A stretch of 64,000 nucleotides of DNA from an uncultured Rhodospirillaceae bacterium (lineage in GTDB: Bacteria; Pseudomonadota; Alphaproteobacteria; UBA8366; GCA-2717185), in NCBI GenBank assembly GCA_964474755.1, contig CAYYUG010000010.1:12407-76406 (forward strand), read 5' to 3'. Below the pieces are notes generated by a model. That model was not told the DNA's origin. It did no database searches and was given only the letters and a program-made list of their open reading frames with translations. Every line of letters starts with the position of its first letter. The stretch's first letter is position 1. Positions 1-10,027 of the stretch are shown in pieces. A program made the position numbers and the translations under genes.

Positions 1-388
1 AGCCGGGCTTGATTTGGTGGAGGTGTCTCCGAATGCCGATCCGCCAGTTTGCAAGATTCTGGATTATGGGAAGTTTAAATACGTTGCGCAGAAAAAGGCC
101 AACGAAACGCGCAAGAAGCAGAGGACTATCGACGTTAAAGAAATTAAGATGCGCCCGAATATCGATAATCACGACTATGATGTGAAGATGCGGTCGATGC
201 TGAAGTTTCTCGATGAGGGTGATAAAGTCAAAGTTACTTTGCGGTTTCGTGGCCGAGAAATGGCGCACCAAGAACTCGGCCGCAAGGTTCTTGAAAGAGT
301 GCGCGTCGATCTCGAAGAGCCGGCGAAGGTTGAACAGTTCCCGCAGATGGAAGGCCGGCAGATGATTATGATCCTGACACCCAAATAG
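1..388 (+). CDS. infC: translation initiation factor IF-3, C-terminal portion (5' end lies upstream of the window)
   Basis: The frame is open from the window edge (frame of nt 2). The translation ..[27 protein letters not shown]...[19 protein letters not shown].. is the conserved IF-3 linker and C-domain. The TTG at 14 used by the ORF track is internal, not the true start. Confidence 0.92.
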   Translation, partial: AGLDLVEVSPNADPPVCKILDYGKFKYVAQKKANETRKKQRTIDVKEIKMRPNIDNHDYDVKMRSMLKFLDEGDKVKVTLRFRGREMAHQELGRKVLERVRVDLEEPAKVEQFPQMEGRQMIMILTPK

Positions 389-514
389 GCGCCAGCCAAG
401 TTGTCTTCTGATTTGCATCAGAAACGCTGACGTGCCGCATCGCGTCGGTTAAATAGTTATGCGTGATGCCTCAATGCGCTCGATCGCTGGGATTGATAGC
501 CGTAACTGTCCAAT

Positions 515-748
515 TTAGCTTTGGTTCAGAAATCCAGCGACAAAGTAATCGTCTGATACCAGCTTGGCGGCATCGTTTGCTGCCAAAAGAAAGCCAATTT
601 TAGGCATTGCGTATATCAGTTCATGCTGACCCTTGAAGTTAACATGGCTGCAGCCAGTTGGGCTTTCTTTAAAGGGTGTCGATGCGCGGTAGGTACCGAA
701 GGGGCTTTTCGCCGCCGCGACAATGCTCAACGCGACGAATACGTGCAC
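515..748 (-). CDS. hypothetical small protein (77 codons, GTG start), uncertain
   Basis: Only ORF of any length in the 520-bp infC-crotonase spacer. It has a hydrophobic signal-like N-terminus (HVFVALSIVAAA). I recognise no family and see no clear SD. It may be non-coding. Confidence 0.2.
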   Translation of the reverse strand: MHVFVALSIVAAAKSPFGTYRASTPFKESPTGCSHVNFKGQHELIYAMPKIGFLLAANDAAKLVSDDYFVAGFLNQS

Positions 749-906
749 TGTTCCTAATTAATATCTGTGGCGCCATCCTGATCTCGTTCGGTTCGCTCTC
801 AAATGTTACCGTAAGGGCGGCACGTTTGCTGAAGGTGCAGGGCAGTTGATCGTAGCTCGGAGGACGACTGGCCCGGGGCCGCTGTTCGGAGTGTCTTCTC
901 GCGCAA

Positions 907-1674
907 TCAATCGTCGCCATCTAGAAACTTTGCCATGCGCGGCGCCGGCGATCCGCAGCGAAAGGCGGTAGATAGGGATTCGATTCCGGCATGCACGCCG
1001 TCGTCGAGGGACAGCCGTTCCCAGTCTCGCATCAGCTTTTTCTGCAGACGGATGCCAACCGGGCCATTCGCCATGATCATGTTGACAGTTTCGGCAATCG
1101 CTTCGTCCAAATTGGCGGTGGGTACGACCTGTTCTACAAGGCCCCAACTGAGCGCTGTTTCTGCATCTATTGCATCTCCGCGATAGATTAGCCAGCAGGT
1201 CCGACCCCATCCGATCAGGCGTGGAAACAGCGCTGACTCGATAACGGAGGGGAGATCGAACAGCACCTCTGGCATGGCGAAACGCGCATTGTCGCTGGCG
1301 ATGCGGATGTCGCAGGATGCGGCGGTTTCCAGTCCCGCCCCCATGCAGGCACCATTGACGCGGGCTATAACCGGGACCGGCAGTTCGCGGATCGCTTGAT
1401 GGGCGTTCTGTAAAGCTGTGATGTAGGCGCGGCCACTTTTCTCGTCGAAATTGCGCAGCTCTTGCAAATTGGCTCCTGCAATGAAGGAGCGCGTGCCTTC
1501 GCCGGTTAACACGGCTACCCGCAAATATTCGTCTAGGGCGAGATTGCGAAATGTAGTTTCCAACTCGGCAACCAGGCTGCTGGACAGGTTGTTCGCCTTC
1601 GCCATATTTTCGATCGTGACCGTGGCTAAATGGCCCTGTTCGCGTTCGTCAAATTTAACGGCAATGCGAGACAT
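907..1674 (-). CDS. enoyl-CoA hydratase/isomerase (crotonase) family protein
   Basis: 255 aa with crotonase-fold patterns (RVAVLTGEG..SFIAGANL, VNGACMGAGLETAASCDIRIA). ATG at 1674. Confidence 0.85.
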   Translation of the reverse strand: MSRIAVKFDEREQGHLATVTIENMAKANNLSSSLVAELETTFRNLALDEYLRVAVLTGEGTRSFIAGANLQELRNFDEKSGRAYITALQNAHQAIRELPVPVIARVNGACMGAGLETAASCDIRIASDNARFAMPEVLFDLPSVIESALFPRLIGWGRTCWLIYRGDAIDAETALSWGLVEQVVPTANLDEAIAETVNMIMANGPVGIRLQKKLMRDWERLSLDDGVHAGIESLSTAFRCGSPAPRMAKFLDGDD

Positions 1675-1694
1675 CGGTTATCCCATAATTATAA

Positions 1695-2474
1695 TTATAA
1701 GGAATTGCGTTGGGTCATTCCGCCATCGACGGTCACGACCTGGCCGCTTACCCATGACGCTCGCGGGCTGGCAAGATAGGTGACTAGATCGGCAACTTCC
1801 TCCGGCTTGCCCGCACGCCCTTGCGGCAGCTTTGCCAGCAATTCTGGCCAGCGCGCCTTGTCGCCAAATTTCTCCTCCGCCAGGACCTCGTAGATTGTGA
1901 CCATCCGCTCTGTTTCGATCAGGCCCGGATTGACCGCAACGACGCGTACGCCCTTGTCTAGGCTGGCACCGCCGAGCGCACGTGTTAACGCCATGATGCT
2001 GGCATTGCCCATCGAACCAGCAACATAATTAGGTACCGGCGCCTCGCCGGCTGTGCCGATAACATTGACGATAACTCCGTCACCCCGCGTGACCATCGTG
2101 GGATAGACTTCGCGCACTAGATTAATGTAGCCAAAAACTTTCAGATCCCAGGCTTCTCGCCAGGTCGCTTCGTCGATTGCTTCGACCCCGCCAGCGGGGA
2201 TGGCGCCGGCATTGTTGATCAGAATGTCGATGCCGGCGGTATCCGCGGCGAGCTGCCGCATTCGGTCACCGTTTGACAGGTCCGCTGCATGGATTATGAC
2301 CTGCACACCATATTTTTCGTTCAATTCATTGCGAGCTCGAGTCAGATCGGTCTCGGTGCGCGACGCAAGATGAAGGCTGCACCCTTCTTCCGCCAAACGC
2401 TCTGCGATCGCGCGCCCAATGCCCTTCGATCCACCGGTGATTAGTGCTGTCTTGCCCGTTAGCTGCAAGTTCAT
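1695..2474 (-). CDS. short-chain dehydrogenase/reductase (SDR)
   Basis: [10 protein letters not shown] glycine-rich NAD(P) motif and an NNAG motif; classical SDR length. Start placed at ATG 2474, which is preceded by AAGAGGAGA 7 nt upstream. The ORF-track start at 2501 is a GTG further upstream. Confidence 0.9.
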   Translation of the reverse strand: MNLQLTGKTALITGGSKGIGRAIAERLAEEGCSLHLASRTETDLTRARNELNEKYGVQVIIHAADLSNGDRMRQLAADTAGIDILINNAGAIPAGGVEAIDEATWREAWDLKVFGYINLVREVYPTMVTRGDGVIVNVIGTAGEAPVPNYVAGSMGNASIMALTRALGGASLDKGVRVVAVNPGLIETERMVTIYEVLAEEKFGDKARWPELLAKLPQGRAGKPEEVADLVTYLASPRASWVSGQVVTVDGGMTQRNSL

Positions 2475-2937
2475 TACATATCTCCTCTTTGAGAGAGGCA
2501 CTCTGGCGTTGACTGATGCGCAGCGTCAAGTGGTGGCAGGCATACTGTGGGTAGAGGCCGTTTATCCGCCGGTTTTCGCGTCGCAAGACTGGCTATCAGC
2601 GCGATGGCCCGCCTGCTCCAGCACAGGCCATACCGAAAGTCGACGACGTAATAGGGTATTGCCGCCAAGATCAATGAGAGCGAGCAGTTCAACCGGATTT
2701 GGCGGACCTGCACGTAACAGGGCCTCCAGGGGGCAGTCAGTCTCGACATTACGAAGAAGAACACAATGAAATCCGACAAGTAGCTGCTTTTCGGAGGTAA
2801 ATAGTGGCCAAATGAGGAACGGGTCACAATCGCGGTGTCATTGAAGGGTATGGCGGTTGGACTGGTGGCGCTGGGTCTCAATTTGGCGTGATGAAGTTTT
2901 TGGCAATGCAGTTGGAGAATTGCAAGTCGAGTGTATC

Positions 2938-3567
2938 TCAGTGCTTAGGGGTACCTTTGAGCGCATCTTTGCCCCATAGCGCCTGCAACCGAGCATTACG
3001 ACCGCAATTGAAACGGTAGAATTTATAGCGGACTGGGCTCTTTCTATAGAAGTCCTGGTGATACTCTTCGGCCGGAAAGAAAGGGCCAGCATGCTTGATC
3101 GGTGTGACGATGGGCGCCTTCAGCACCTTGGATTCCTGTAGCTTCTTTTTGACTTCTTCGGCGATGCGCTTCTGCTCCGGCGTTGTCACATAGATCGCCG
3201 TGGTGTAACTGTGGCCGCGGTCGCAGAATTGGCCGCCGCCATCCGTTGGATCGACGCTATGGAATAGAACGCTAACCAGATGCGCGTAGGTGACCTTTTT
3301 CGGATCGTAGGTGACCTGAACTACCTCACGGTGACCAGTATTGGAGGTGACTACTTGCTTGTAGGTTGGGTTCGGTAAATCTCCACCGGAGAATCCTGAA
3401 ATCGTTTTTACAACTCCGGGCACCTTGTCAAAGTCAAATTCCACGCACCAGAAACAGCCGCCAGCAAATATAGCGATCTCCAGCCCTTTCTCGGTTGGTT
3501 CGCTCTGCACTGGATTGGTGAAAAGGATGGCTGATAACAATGATCCCAGGACCAGTGAAACGCTCAT
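2938..3567 (-). CDS. msrA: peptide-methionine (S)-S-oxide reductase MsrA with N-terminal signal-like peptide
   Basis: GCFWCVE active-site motif and conserved MsrA core (GHREVVQVTYDP). The N-terminus MSVSLVLGSLLSAILF suggests export. Confidence 0.9.
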   Translation of the reverse strand: MSVSLVLGSLLSAILFTNPVQSEPTEKGLEIAIFAGGCFWCVEFDFDKVPGVVKTISGFSGGDLPNPTYKQVVTSNTGHREVVQVTYDPKKVTYAHLVSVLFHSVDPTDGGGQFCDRGHSYTTAIYVTTPEQKRIAEEVKKKLQESKVLKAPIVTPIKHAGPFFPAEEYHQDFYRKSPVRYKFYRFNCGRNARLQALWGKDALKGTPKH

Positions 3568-3723
3568 GCGGGGCTTGAGAATGCGTCGATCTCCAAATAA
3601 GCGCGGATTTGTGCTGTCAATTCTTGTTTATTAACAAATAAAATATGGTCAGTGGGCATGAATTCGAGTCTCTTTAAAAAATTTCTACAAAGCTTTATCT
3701 CTTTCCAAACGCTGTGTGCGGCC

Positions 3724-3752
3724 TTGCATCGTGGGGTTCCCAGCGTTATAAG
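3724..3752 (+). promoter_or_regulatory. sigma70-like promoter candidate for rpmI-rplT-pheST
   Basis: TTGCAT (3724-3729), 17-nt spacer, TATAAG (3747-3752), about 100 nt upstream of the rpmI ATG. The leader contains a perfect hairpin ATGCGC-TGGT-GCGCAT at 3811-3826. Confidence 0.4.
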
Positions 3753-3849
3753 GCGCGCGCTAAGAAGGGCGGCTGTGGCCCTGGGTATGCCCTGCCGTTC
3801 GCCAAACGATATGCGCTGGTGCGCATGAAATTCTGACGAGGAAATCGAA

Positions 3850-4050
3850 ATGCCCAAAATGAAGACTAAATCCAGTGCCAAAAAACGGTTCCGTTTGACC
3901 GCCAAAGGCAAGGTACGCTTCAATAGTGCTGGGCTGTCGCACATGCTGCGCCGCCGGTCGCAGAAGATGAAGCGAACCAACCGGGGAACGCAAATTATGG
4001 CCACCCCCGATGCCAAGGTCGTCAAGAAGCATTATCTACCCTATCGTTAG
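3850..4050 (+). CDS. rpmI: 50S ribosomal protein L35
   Basis: 66 aa, [14 protein letters not shown]..., a typical L35 sequence. GAGGA SD at 3837-3841. Confidence 0.95.
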   Translation: MPKMKTKSSAKKRFRLTAKGKVRFNSAGLSHMLRRRSQKMKRTNRGTQIMATPDAKVVKKHYLPYR

Positions 4051-4067
4051 AACAACGGAGCCGAACC

Positions 4068-4427
4068 ATGTCACGGGTCAAACGGGGCGTGACGACGCAC
4101 GCCCGTCATCGCAAAGTCATCAAGGCTGCCAAAGGATCACGCGGTCGTTCCAAAAATACTTTCCGCGCCGCCATCCAGCGGGTCGAGAAAAATTTGCAAT
4201 ACGCCTATCGCGACCGGCGCACGCGCAAGCGGGATTTCCGCCGATTGTGGATTCAGCGTATCAACGCGGCGTCACGCCAGCACGGCATGACGTATGCGGT
4301 TTTTATCAACGGGATTAAGAAGGCCGGGATAGATCTCGACCGGAAAGTGCTGTCGGAACTTGCCATAAGCGAGCCGCAGGCCTTTCAATCGCTGGTCGAG
4401 CAGGCTCAGGCGGCGCTCACCGAGTAA
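4068..4427 (+). CDS. rplT: 50S ribosomal protein L20
   Basis: 119 aa, [17 protein letters not shown]...[24 protein letters not shown], a typical L20 sequence. Confidence 0.95.
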   Translation: MSRVKRGVTTHARHRKVIKAAKGSRGRSKNTFRAAIQRVEKNLQYAYRDRRTRKRDFRRLWIQRINAASRQHGMTYAVFINGIKKAGIDLDRKVLSELAISEPQAFQSLVEQAQAALTE

Positions 4428-4451
4428 CGGCTTCTATCGAGGGTTCGGGCG

Positions 4452-5528
4452 ATGGAAAATCTCGACGAACTGCGTGAAGAACTTCTGTCCAAGGCGAGCA
4501 GTGCGGAAAGTCTTGAGACGCTGGAAGAGCTCCGTGTGGCAGTTCTCGGCCGTAATGGGCAGTTAACAAAATTGATGAAGGGGCTCGGCGGGCTCGATCC
4601 CGACGAGCGCCGTGCCGCGGGACAGGCGCTGAACGCAGTCAAGGCTGCGATTACTGACGCGATTGGGTCGCGCCATACGAGACTTGCCGATTCGGCACTT
4701 GATGCGGCTCTGGTCGCTGACCGGGTCGACATCTCCTTGCCGGTGCGCCCTGAGGTGGAAGGCCGCCTTCACCCGATCAGCCAGACTTTTGACGAGATCA
4801 TCGCGATCTTTGGCGACATGGGGTTCACAGTCGCTGAGGGACCGGATATCGAGGACGATTTCCATAATTTTACGGCTTTAAACATACCACCGGAACATCC
4901 GGCGCGGCAGATGCATGACACCTTCTATCTGCCGGAAAAGGAAGGTGGAGAGCGGATGCTGCTGCGAACGCACACCTCGCCAGTTCAAATCCGTGCTATG
5001 CAGTCCACCGAGCCACCGCTTCGGATCATCGTGCCGGGCCGCACCTATCGTTGCGACTCGGATATGACGCACACGCCGATGTTCCACCAGGTTGAGGGGC
5101 TGATTGTCGATGAGTCCTCCCATATGGGCCACCTTAAGGGATGTCTGATCGAGTTTTGTCGCGCATATTTTGAGGTCGACGATGTACCAGTCCGTTTCCG
5201 GCCAAGCTATTTTCCCTTCACCGAACCCTCAGCGGAAGTTGATATTGGCTGCAGCCGTGCCGGTGGCGAATTAAAGATCGGCGCTGGCGACGACTGGCTG
5301 GAAATTCTTGGCTGCGGCATGGTGCATCCCAAGGTGCTGGCGGCTTGCAATGTAGATCCTGATAAATACCAAGGCTTTGCCTTTGGTATGGGGATCGAGC
5401 GCATCGCGATGCTGAAATACGGTATCCCCGACCTCCGTACCTTTTTCGACGCCGACATTCGTTGGCTTCGCCATTACGGATTTGTGCCGCTTGAGGTGCC
5501 GACGTTGTTGCGGGGGCTGACGCCATGA
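4452..5528 (+). CDS. pheS: phenylalanine--tRNA ligase alpha subunit
   Basis: 358 aa with class II aaRS motifs (HPARQMHDTFY, LRTHTSPVQIR, GFAFGMGIERIAML). ATGA overlap with pheT. Confidence 0.95.
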   Translation: MENLDELREELLSKASSAESLETLEELRVAVLGRNGQLTKLMKGLGGLDPDERRAAGQALNAVKAAITDAIGSRHTRLADSALDAALVADRVDISLPVRPEVEGRLHPISQTFDEIIAIFGDMGFTVAEGPDIEDDFHNFTALNIPPEHPARQMHDTFYLPEKEGGERMLLRTHTSPVQIRAMQSTEPPLRIIVPGRTYRCDSDMTHTPMFHQVEGLIVDESSHMGHLKGCLIEFCRAYFEVDDVPVRFRPSYFPFTEPSAEVDIGCSRAGGELKIGAGDDWLEILGCGMVHPKVLAACNVDPDKYQGFAFGMGIERIAMLKYGIPDLRTFFDADIRWLRHYGFVPLEVPTLLRGLTP

Positions 5529-7927
5529 AGTTTACCCTCGGCTGGCTGAAGGATCATCTCGAAATCGACGCACCGATCAACACGATTACTGATCAGTTGA
5601 CTGCGCTCGGCCTTGAGCTGGAAGAACTGCATGACGCGGCTGCAGCCCTCCAGCCCTTCGTAGTGGGCGAGGTGATGTCTTGTGAGCAGCATCCGGACGC
5701 CGATCGTTTACGTGTCTGTGTCGTCGACACTGGCAGTGAGACGACCCAGGTCGTCTGTGGGGCGCCGAATGCGAGAGAGGGTATGAAAGGTGTATTCGCG
5801 CCTTCCGGCACGTATATTCCCGGCACCGGTGTCAATCTCAAGTCAGCCAAAATTCGTGGCGTCGAATCGAATGGCATGCTGTGCTCGGAACGCGAGTTGG
5901 ACCTGACGGACGATCACGAAGGCATCATCGAATTACCAGTCGACGCTCCGGTTGGGCTGTCCTATGTCTCTTATGCCGGGCTCGACGATCCTGTCATCGA
6001 GATAGCACTGACGCCGGATCGGGGCGACTGCGCCGGGGTGCGTGGCATTGCGCGCGACCTATCGGCGACTGGCATTGGAACGTTTAAGCCCTGGCCATAC
6101 GAGATGGTAGAAGGCACATTTGACAGTCCGGTGCAGTGGGCGCGCGACCTCGGCGAGAATGGCAATGCTTGCCCGATGGTGGTCGGCCGCACCTTTCGCG
6201 GTGTGAAGAACGGCCCCAGCCCGCAATGGATGCAGGACCGGCTGCGTGCCATCGGCTTGCGGCCGATCTCCGCGCTGGTGGATATCACCAATTACGTCAC
6301 CATGGATCTCTGCCGGCCGTTGCACGTCTTTGACATCGCTAAACTGGATGGCGATACGCTCACCATGCGGTTCGCCAATACCGGCGAGAAGATCGAAGCT
6401 CTCGACGGCCGGACCTACACGCTGGAAGGCGGTATGGTTGTCATCGGCGATGGGAAGGGCCCGCAGGGTATTGGCGGCATCATGGGCGGAGCGCTGTCTG
6501 GTTGTAACGAGGATACAACAGATGTTTTCCTTGAGGTTGCACTGTTCGATACGGTTGGCACGGCAGCGACGGGTCGCAAGCTCTCTATTGAATCCGACGC
6601 GCGCTACAGGTTCGAGCGCGGCGTCGATCCAGGCTCTGCCCTGTGGGGTGCGGATGTGGCGACCAAGCTAATCCTTGAGATCTGCGGCGGCGAGGCAAGC
6701 CATCTGTCCATTGCGGGTGAGATGCCAGCACCGATGGCACCGATTTCTATGGATCCGAAACGGGTCGCTGCCCTTGGTGGACTGGACGTGCCGGTCGATG
6801 AATCGCAGCGCATTCTCGATGCACTTGGTTTTGAGACGAAGACCGAAGGCGGCCAGATCTTAGCCCAAGTCCCCAGTTGGCGCTTCGACGTGGAAGGCGA
6901 AGCTTGCCTAGTTGAAGAGGTATTGCGGGTGAACGGGTTCGACAATATCCCTGCTGTTCCGTTGGAGCGGGTGACCGCTCTATCGCGTCCAGCGGTGACC
7001 CTGCAGCAGCGACGCGTCGCGTTCGCCAAGAAGGTGTTGGCTGGCCGCGGTATGCTGGAAGCAGTAACCTGGTCCTTCATTCGTGAAACGCAGGCACATC
7101 TCTTCGGTTGGAGCGACGAAACGCTGCGCTTGGCCAATCCGATCAGTGCCGATCTCGATGTCATGCGCCCTTCGATATTGCCGAACTTGATAGCGGCTGT
7201 GGGCCGCAATGCCGACCGCGGGATCGGGGATAGCGCCCTTTTCGAAGTTGGCGCTGTCTGGAAGTCCGATACAATTGGTGGACAGGAGACCGTCGCATCT
7301 GGCGTCCGCGCTGGCTTGAGCGGCTCACGTCATTGGTCTGAGCGGCCCCGTGTCGTTGACGTGTTCGATGTTAAGGCGGACGCGATGGCGGTGTTGGGGG
7401 CGTGCGGAGGTCCGGTCGATAAGTTGCAGGCGACGCCGGATACGCCGAACTGGTATCATCCCGGGCGCTCTGGCGCGCTGCGCCTCGGCAAGAACGTGCT
7501 TGCTTGGTTCGGTGAGATCCATCCGAAAATTCTCGAAGCCTTCGATGTACGTGGGCCGATCTCCGCTTTCGAAGTGTTCCTCGGGGCGGTCCCGCAGCCT
7601 AAGGAGAAGGCAAGCAAGTCGCGCCCGCTGCTCAAGGTCTACCCCTTTCAGCCGGTCAACCGCGACTTTGCCTTCGTCGTCGATCGGGAGGTGCCAGTGG
7701 CGAAGCTGATCGGCGCAATCCGCGTGGCCGATAAGAAGCTGGTTAGCGATATCCGTGTGTTCGATGTTTTTACTGGTGATGCGATTGGCAAGGGCATGAA
7801 GTCCGTAGCTCTGTCCGTTACCTTGCAGCCAGTTCAGGCGACGATGACCGACCAGGAGATCGACGCAGTGGCGGCGAAGATCGTTGCCAATGTTGAGAAA
7901 CAGACAGGCGGTGTGCTACGCGGCTAA
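5525..7927 (+). CDS. pheT: phenylalanine--tRNA ligase beta subunit
   Basis: 800 aa with N-terminal MKFTLGWLKDHL, a tRNA-binding domain, and B3/4, B5 and C-terminal FDX-ACB-like regions. Directly follows pheS. Confidence 0.95.
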   Translation: MKFTLGWLKDHLEIDAPINTITDQLTALGLELEELHDAAAALQPFVVGEVMSCEQHPDADRLRVCVVDTGSETTQVVCGAPNAREGMKGVFAPSGTYIPGTGVNLKSAKIRGVESNGMLCSERELDLTDDHEGIIELPVDAPVGLSYVSYAGLDDPVIEIALTPDRGDCAGVRGIARDLSATGIGTFKPWPYEMVEGTFDSPVQWARDLGENGNACPMVVGRTFRGVKNGPSPQWMQDRLRAIGLRPISALVDITNYVTMDLCRPLHVFDIAKLDGDTLTMRFANTGEKIEALDGRTYTLEGGMVVIGDGKGPQGIGGIMGGALSGCNEDTTDVFLEVALFDTVGTAATGRKLSIESDARYRFERGVDPGSALWGADVATKLILEICGGEASHLSIAGEMPAPMAPISMDPKRVAALGGLDVPVDESQRILDALGFETKTEGGQILAQVPSWRFDVEGEACLVEEVLRVNGFDNIPAVPLERVTALSRPAVTLQQRRVAFAKKVLAGRGMLEAVTWSFIRETQAHLFGWSDETLRLANPISADLDVMRPSILPNLIAAVGRNADRGIGDSALFEVGAVWKSDTIGGQETVASGVRAGLSGSRHWSERPRVVDVFDVKADAMAVLGACGGPVDKLQATPDTPNWYHPGRSGALRLGKNVLAWFGEIHPKILEAFDVRGPISAFEVFLGAVPQPKEKASKSRPLLKVYPFQPVNRDFAFVVDREVPVAKLIGAIRVADKKLVSDIRVFDVFTGDAIGKGMKSVALSVTLQPVQATMTDQEIDAVAAKIVANVEKQTGGVLRG

Positions 7928-8021
7928 TCTAACGCACAGAAATGGCTTCTGACTGCGATTGCAGTTGACGCAAGAGCACGACTCGGCGAGGCTGCGGCGT
8001 ATACTCCATTCAGTCTGACTT

Positions 8022-8666
8022 ATGCCTGCCGTAAAAAAATCCTACACAATCCCCTGTTCCAGTGGTTTTCGCGACCGCGTACAGGCGCTAGCTAATGTGC
8101 GCGATGTAAATGTTGGCGATTTGGCCCGTTCGGTCATGCTCGTTGTGCCAGCAGAGGCTATCGCGGCGACCGCGGATCCAGGCGAGCCGGCCGCTAACGA
8201 CCGGGAGACCGTCGTCCTCAAATCAGGCCGGGGGGCGGGCAAGCCGTGGCGGCGTAAGCCGCGCCTGCAGGTCCGACTGCCCGCAGGACAGGACGTGGTA
8301 ACCCTGCGGCGGGCCCTCAACCTGGCACTTGCTATGGCCGAGGGCGAGCGCAGCGTAAAGGTTGAGTTGTACGGAAAGGAGAACAGTGTGGTCGAGCTTG
8401 ACGTAGCGCTGAAGGAAATCGATCGGTTGCGCTCAATTGTCGGCGCACTGTCTTTTAAGTTGCTACCGCACGGCGTACGTACGCGTGGCGATGCTCACTA
8501 CGTGTTGGGTTTCCCGGTGAACGCTAAACTTGGCTCCGATCTGGTTAAGTCCCGGTTTCGAATGTTGGCCTCGATCCACCATCCGGACAGCCCCTATGGG
8601 GACACGCGTCGCATGAGCCAGCTTAACCAGGCAATGGCGAAGTTTCGCTCGCTCGGCTACACCTGA
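8022..8666 (+). CDS. J-domain-containing protein with RHH-like N-terminus (hypothetical)
   Basis: The C-terminal part YVLGFPVNAKLGSDLVKSRFRMLASIHHPDSPYGD..LNQAMAKFRSL matches the J-domain helix II-HPD-helix III pattern. The N-terminal part KKSYTIPCSSGFRDRVQALA..VGDLARSVMLV resembles a ribbon-helix-helix. Confidence 0.6.
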   Translation: MPAVKKSYTIPCSSGFRDRVQALANVRDVNVGDLARSVMLVVPAEAIAATADPGEPAANDRETVVLKSGRGAGKPWRRKPRLQVRLPAGQDVVTLRRALNLALAMAEGERSVKVELYGKENSVVELDVALKEIDRLRSIVGALSFKLLPHGVRTRGDAHYVLGFPVNAKLGSDLVKSRFRMLASIHHPDSPYGDTRRMSQLNQAMAKFRSLGYT

Positions 8667-9016
8667 TGGTGTAACCGACTGACGGCATTGGTAGGATCGC
8701 TCACCGGCTGATTGTGCACGGCGAAATCCCCCCGAGCCAGGTGTCTGTGTCCGTTTCCTTCGGAGACGCGTGGGCGCCTAGTCCGCAACGTGCCATATAT
8801 CGCGCCTAAATTCGCACCGACGGTGTGGATAATGGTCCTGTGTAACAATTTAAAAAAATTTATAGGCGAGTGATACACAATCAAAGTGTCACAGTAACCT
8901 TCAGCATTTTTCTTGTGTAAATAGAAAACTCTAAACAGGCTCGCGCGGCGATTTGGCACGTGGCTGTATGTACTTGATTTCCTTTATCATAAAAATATGA
9001 ACACACGGATCTATTT

Positions 9017-10027
9017 ATGACGGTTCCGGTCGCCAAGCCTATCGCGGTGTGGTTATTCATCTGCGCCAGTATGGTCGTCGCGATGATGATTATTGGTGCC
9101 ATCACCCGCTTGACTGAATCCGGTCTCTCTATGGTCGAGTGGCGACCCCTGATCGGCACCTGGCCGCCGACCAATTCGGCGGAATGGCAGCGTGTTTTTG
9201 ACCTCTATCGCCAGACTTCGGAATACAAGCTTACCAATGCCGGCATGAGCCTCGCTGAGTTCAAGACGATTTTCTGGTGGGAGTTCATTCACCGTCTTTG
9301 GGGCCGGCTGATCGGAATCGCCTTCGTCATGCCGTTCCTGTTTTTCTTGCTAACGAAACGGATTCCGGGCGGCTATACGCCACACCTCGTCGCGCTGTTC
9401 CTGCTCGGGGGACTGCAGGGCCTGATCGGCTGGTGGATGGTGAAGAGCGGCTTCGTCGACCGCACCGATGTAAGCCAGTACCGCCTGACTGTCCATCTTG
9501 GCATGGCGTTTGGTATTTTGGGGTATTTGCTTTGGTTAGCACTGCGCCTGATTGTGCCGCGCACGTCGGTGCTCGCTGCGCCGCGGCGCTTGGCTTGGGG
9601 GGCGCTTGCCACCGTGTCGCTCACCATTTTAGCCGGTGGTTTGGTCGCGGGATTGAATGCGGGCATGACCTACAACAGCTGGCCGCTGATGGATGGTGAT
9701 ATCGTACCGGCCGGGGTCCTCGAATTGTCCCCCTGGTGGTTGAACGGGGTCGAGAATGTGGCAACCGTTCAGTTCGATCACCGTCTACTCGCCTATGTGA
9801 GCGTCCTTATGGTCCTCTGGTTATGGTTGTCCGTTTGCCGTTCTGCCGTCACGGCGCGCGCGCGGTTCGCTGCTAATATCATGGCAGTCATCGTTGTTGC
9901 ACAAGTCACATTAGGCATCGCTACAATTCTGCTTGTAGTACCGCTTCCGCTAGCCGTGTTACATCAGGTGGGTGCGGCACTGCTGTTCTCGCTCACCCTG
10001 TGGGTGACCTACGAGCTAAGCGGCTGA
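9017..10027 (+). CDS. ctaA: heme A synthase (COX15/CtaA family)
   Basis: 336 aa polytopic membrane protein. TRLTESGLSMVEWRP..WPPTN..W...F..Y and FWWEFIHRLWGRLIG are COX15/CtaA hallmarks. Confidence 0.85.
   Translation: MTVPVAKPIAVWLFICASMVVAMMIIGAITRLTESGLSMVEWRPLIGTWPPTNSAEWQRVFDLYRQTSEYKLTNAGMSLAEFKTIFWWEFIHRLWGRLIGIAFVMPFLFFLLTKRIPGGYTPHLVALFLLGGLQGLIGWWMVKSGFVDRTDVSQYRLTVHLGMAFGILGYLLWLALRLIVPRTSVLAAPRRLAWGALATVSLTILAGGLVAGLNAGMTYNSWPLMDGDIVPAGVLELSPWWLNGVENVATVQFDHRLLAYVSVLMVLWLWLSVCRSAVTARARFAANIMAVIVVAQVTLGIATILLVVPLPLAVLHQVGAALLFSLTLWVTYELSG

Noticed and set aside
2474-2881. 135-codon minus-strand ORF whose TAA shares a base with the SDR ATG (TAATG), suggesting translational coupling.
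   Set aside because: The translation is low-complexity and rich in Cys, Trp and Arg, with no family resemblance. The strong AAGAGGAGA SD explains SDR initiation by itself. A different frame of the same spacer (about 2566-2838) reads more protein-like (..LEALLRAGPPNPVELLALIDLGGNTLLRRRLSVWPVLEQAGH..) but has no ATG, GTG or TTG start. At most it is a decayed remnant, so it is not called.
3753-3849. Calling the rpmI leader a defined L20/L35 ribosomal-protein leader RNA family.
   Set aside because: Only a simple 6-bp hairpin is visible. I cannot verify the pseudoknot or covariation that define known L20 leaders without a covariance-model search.
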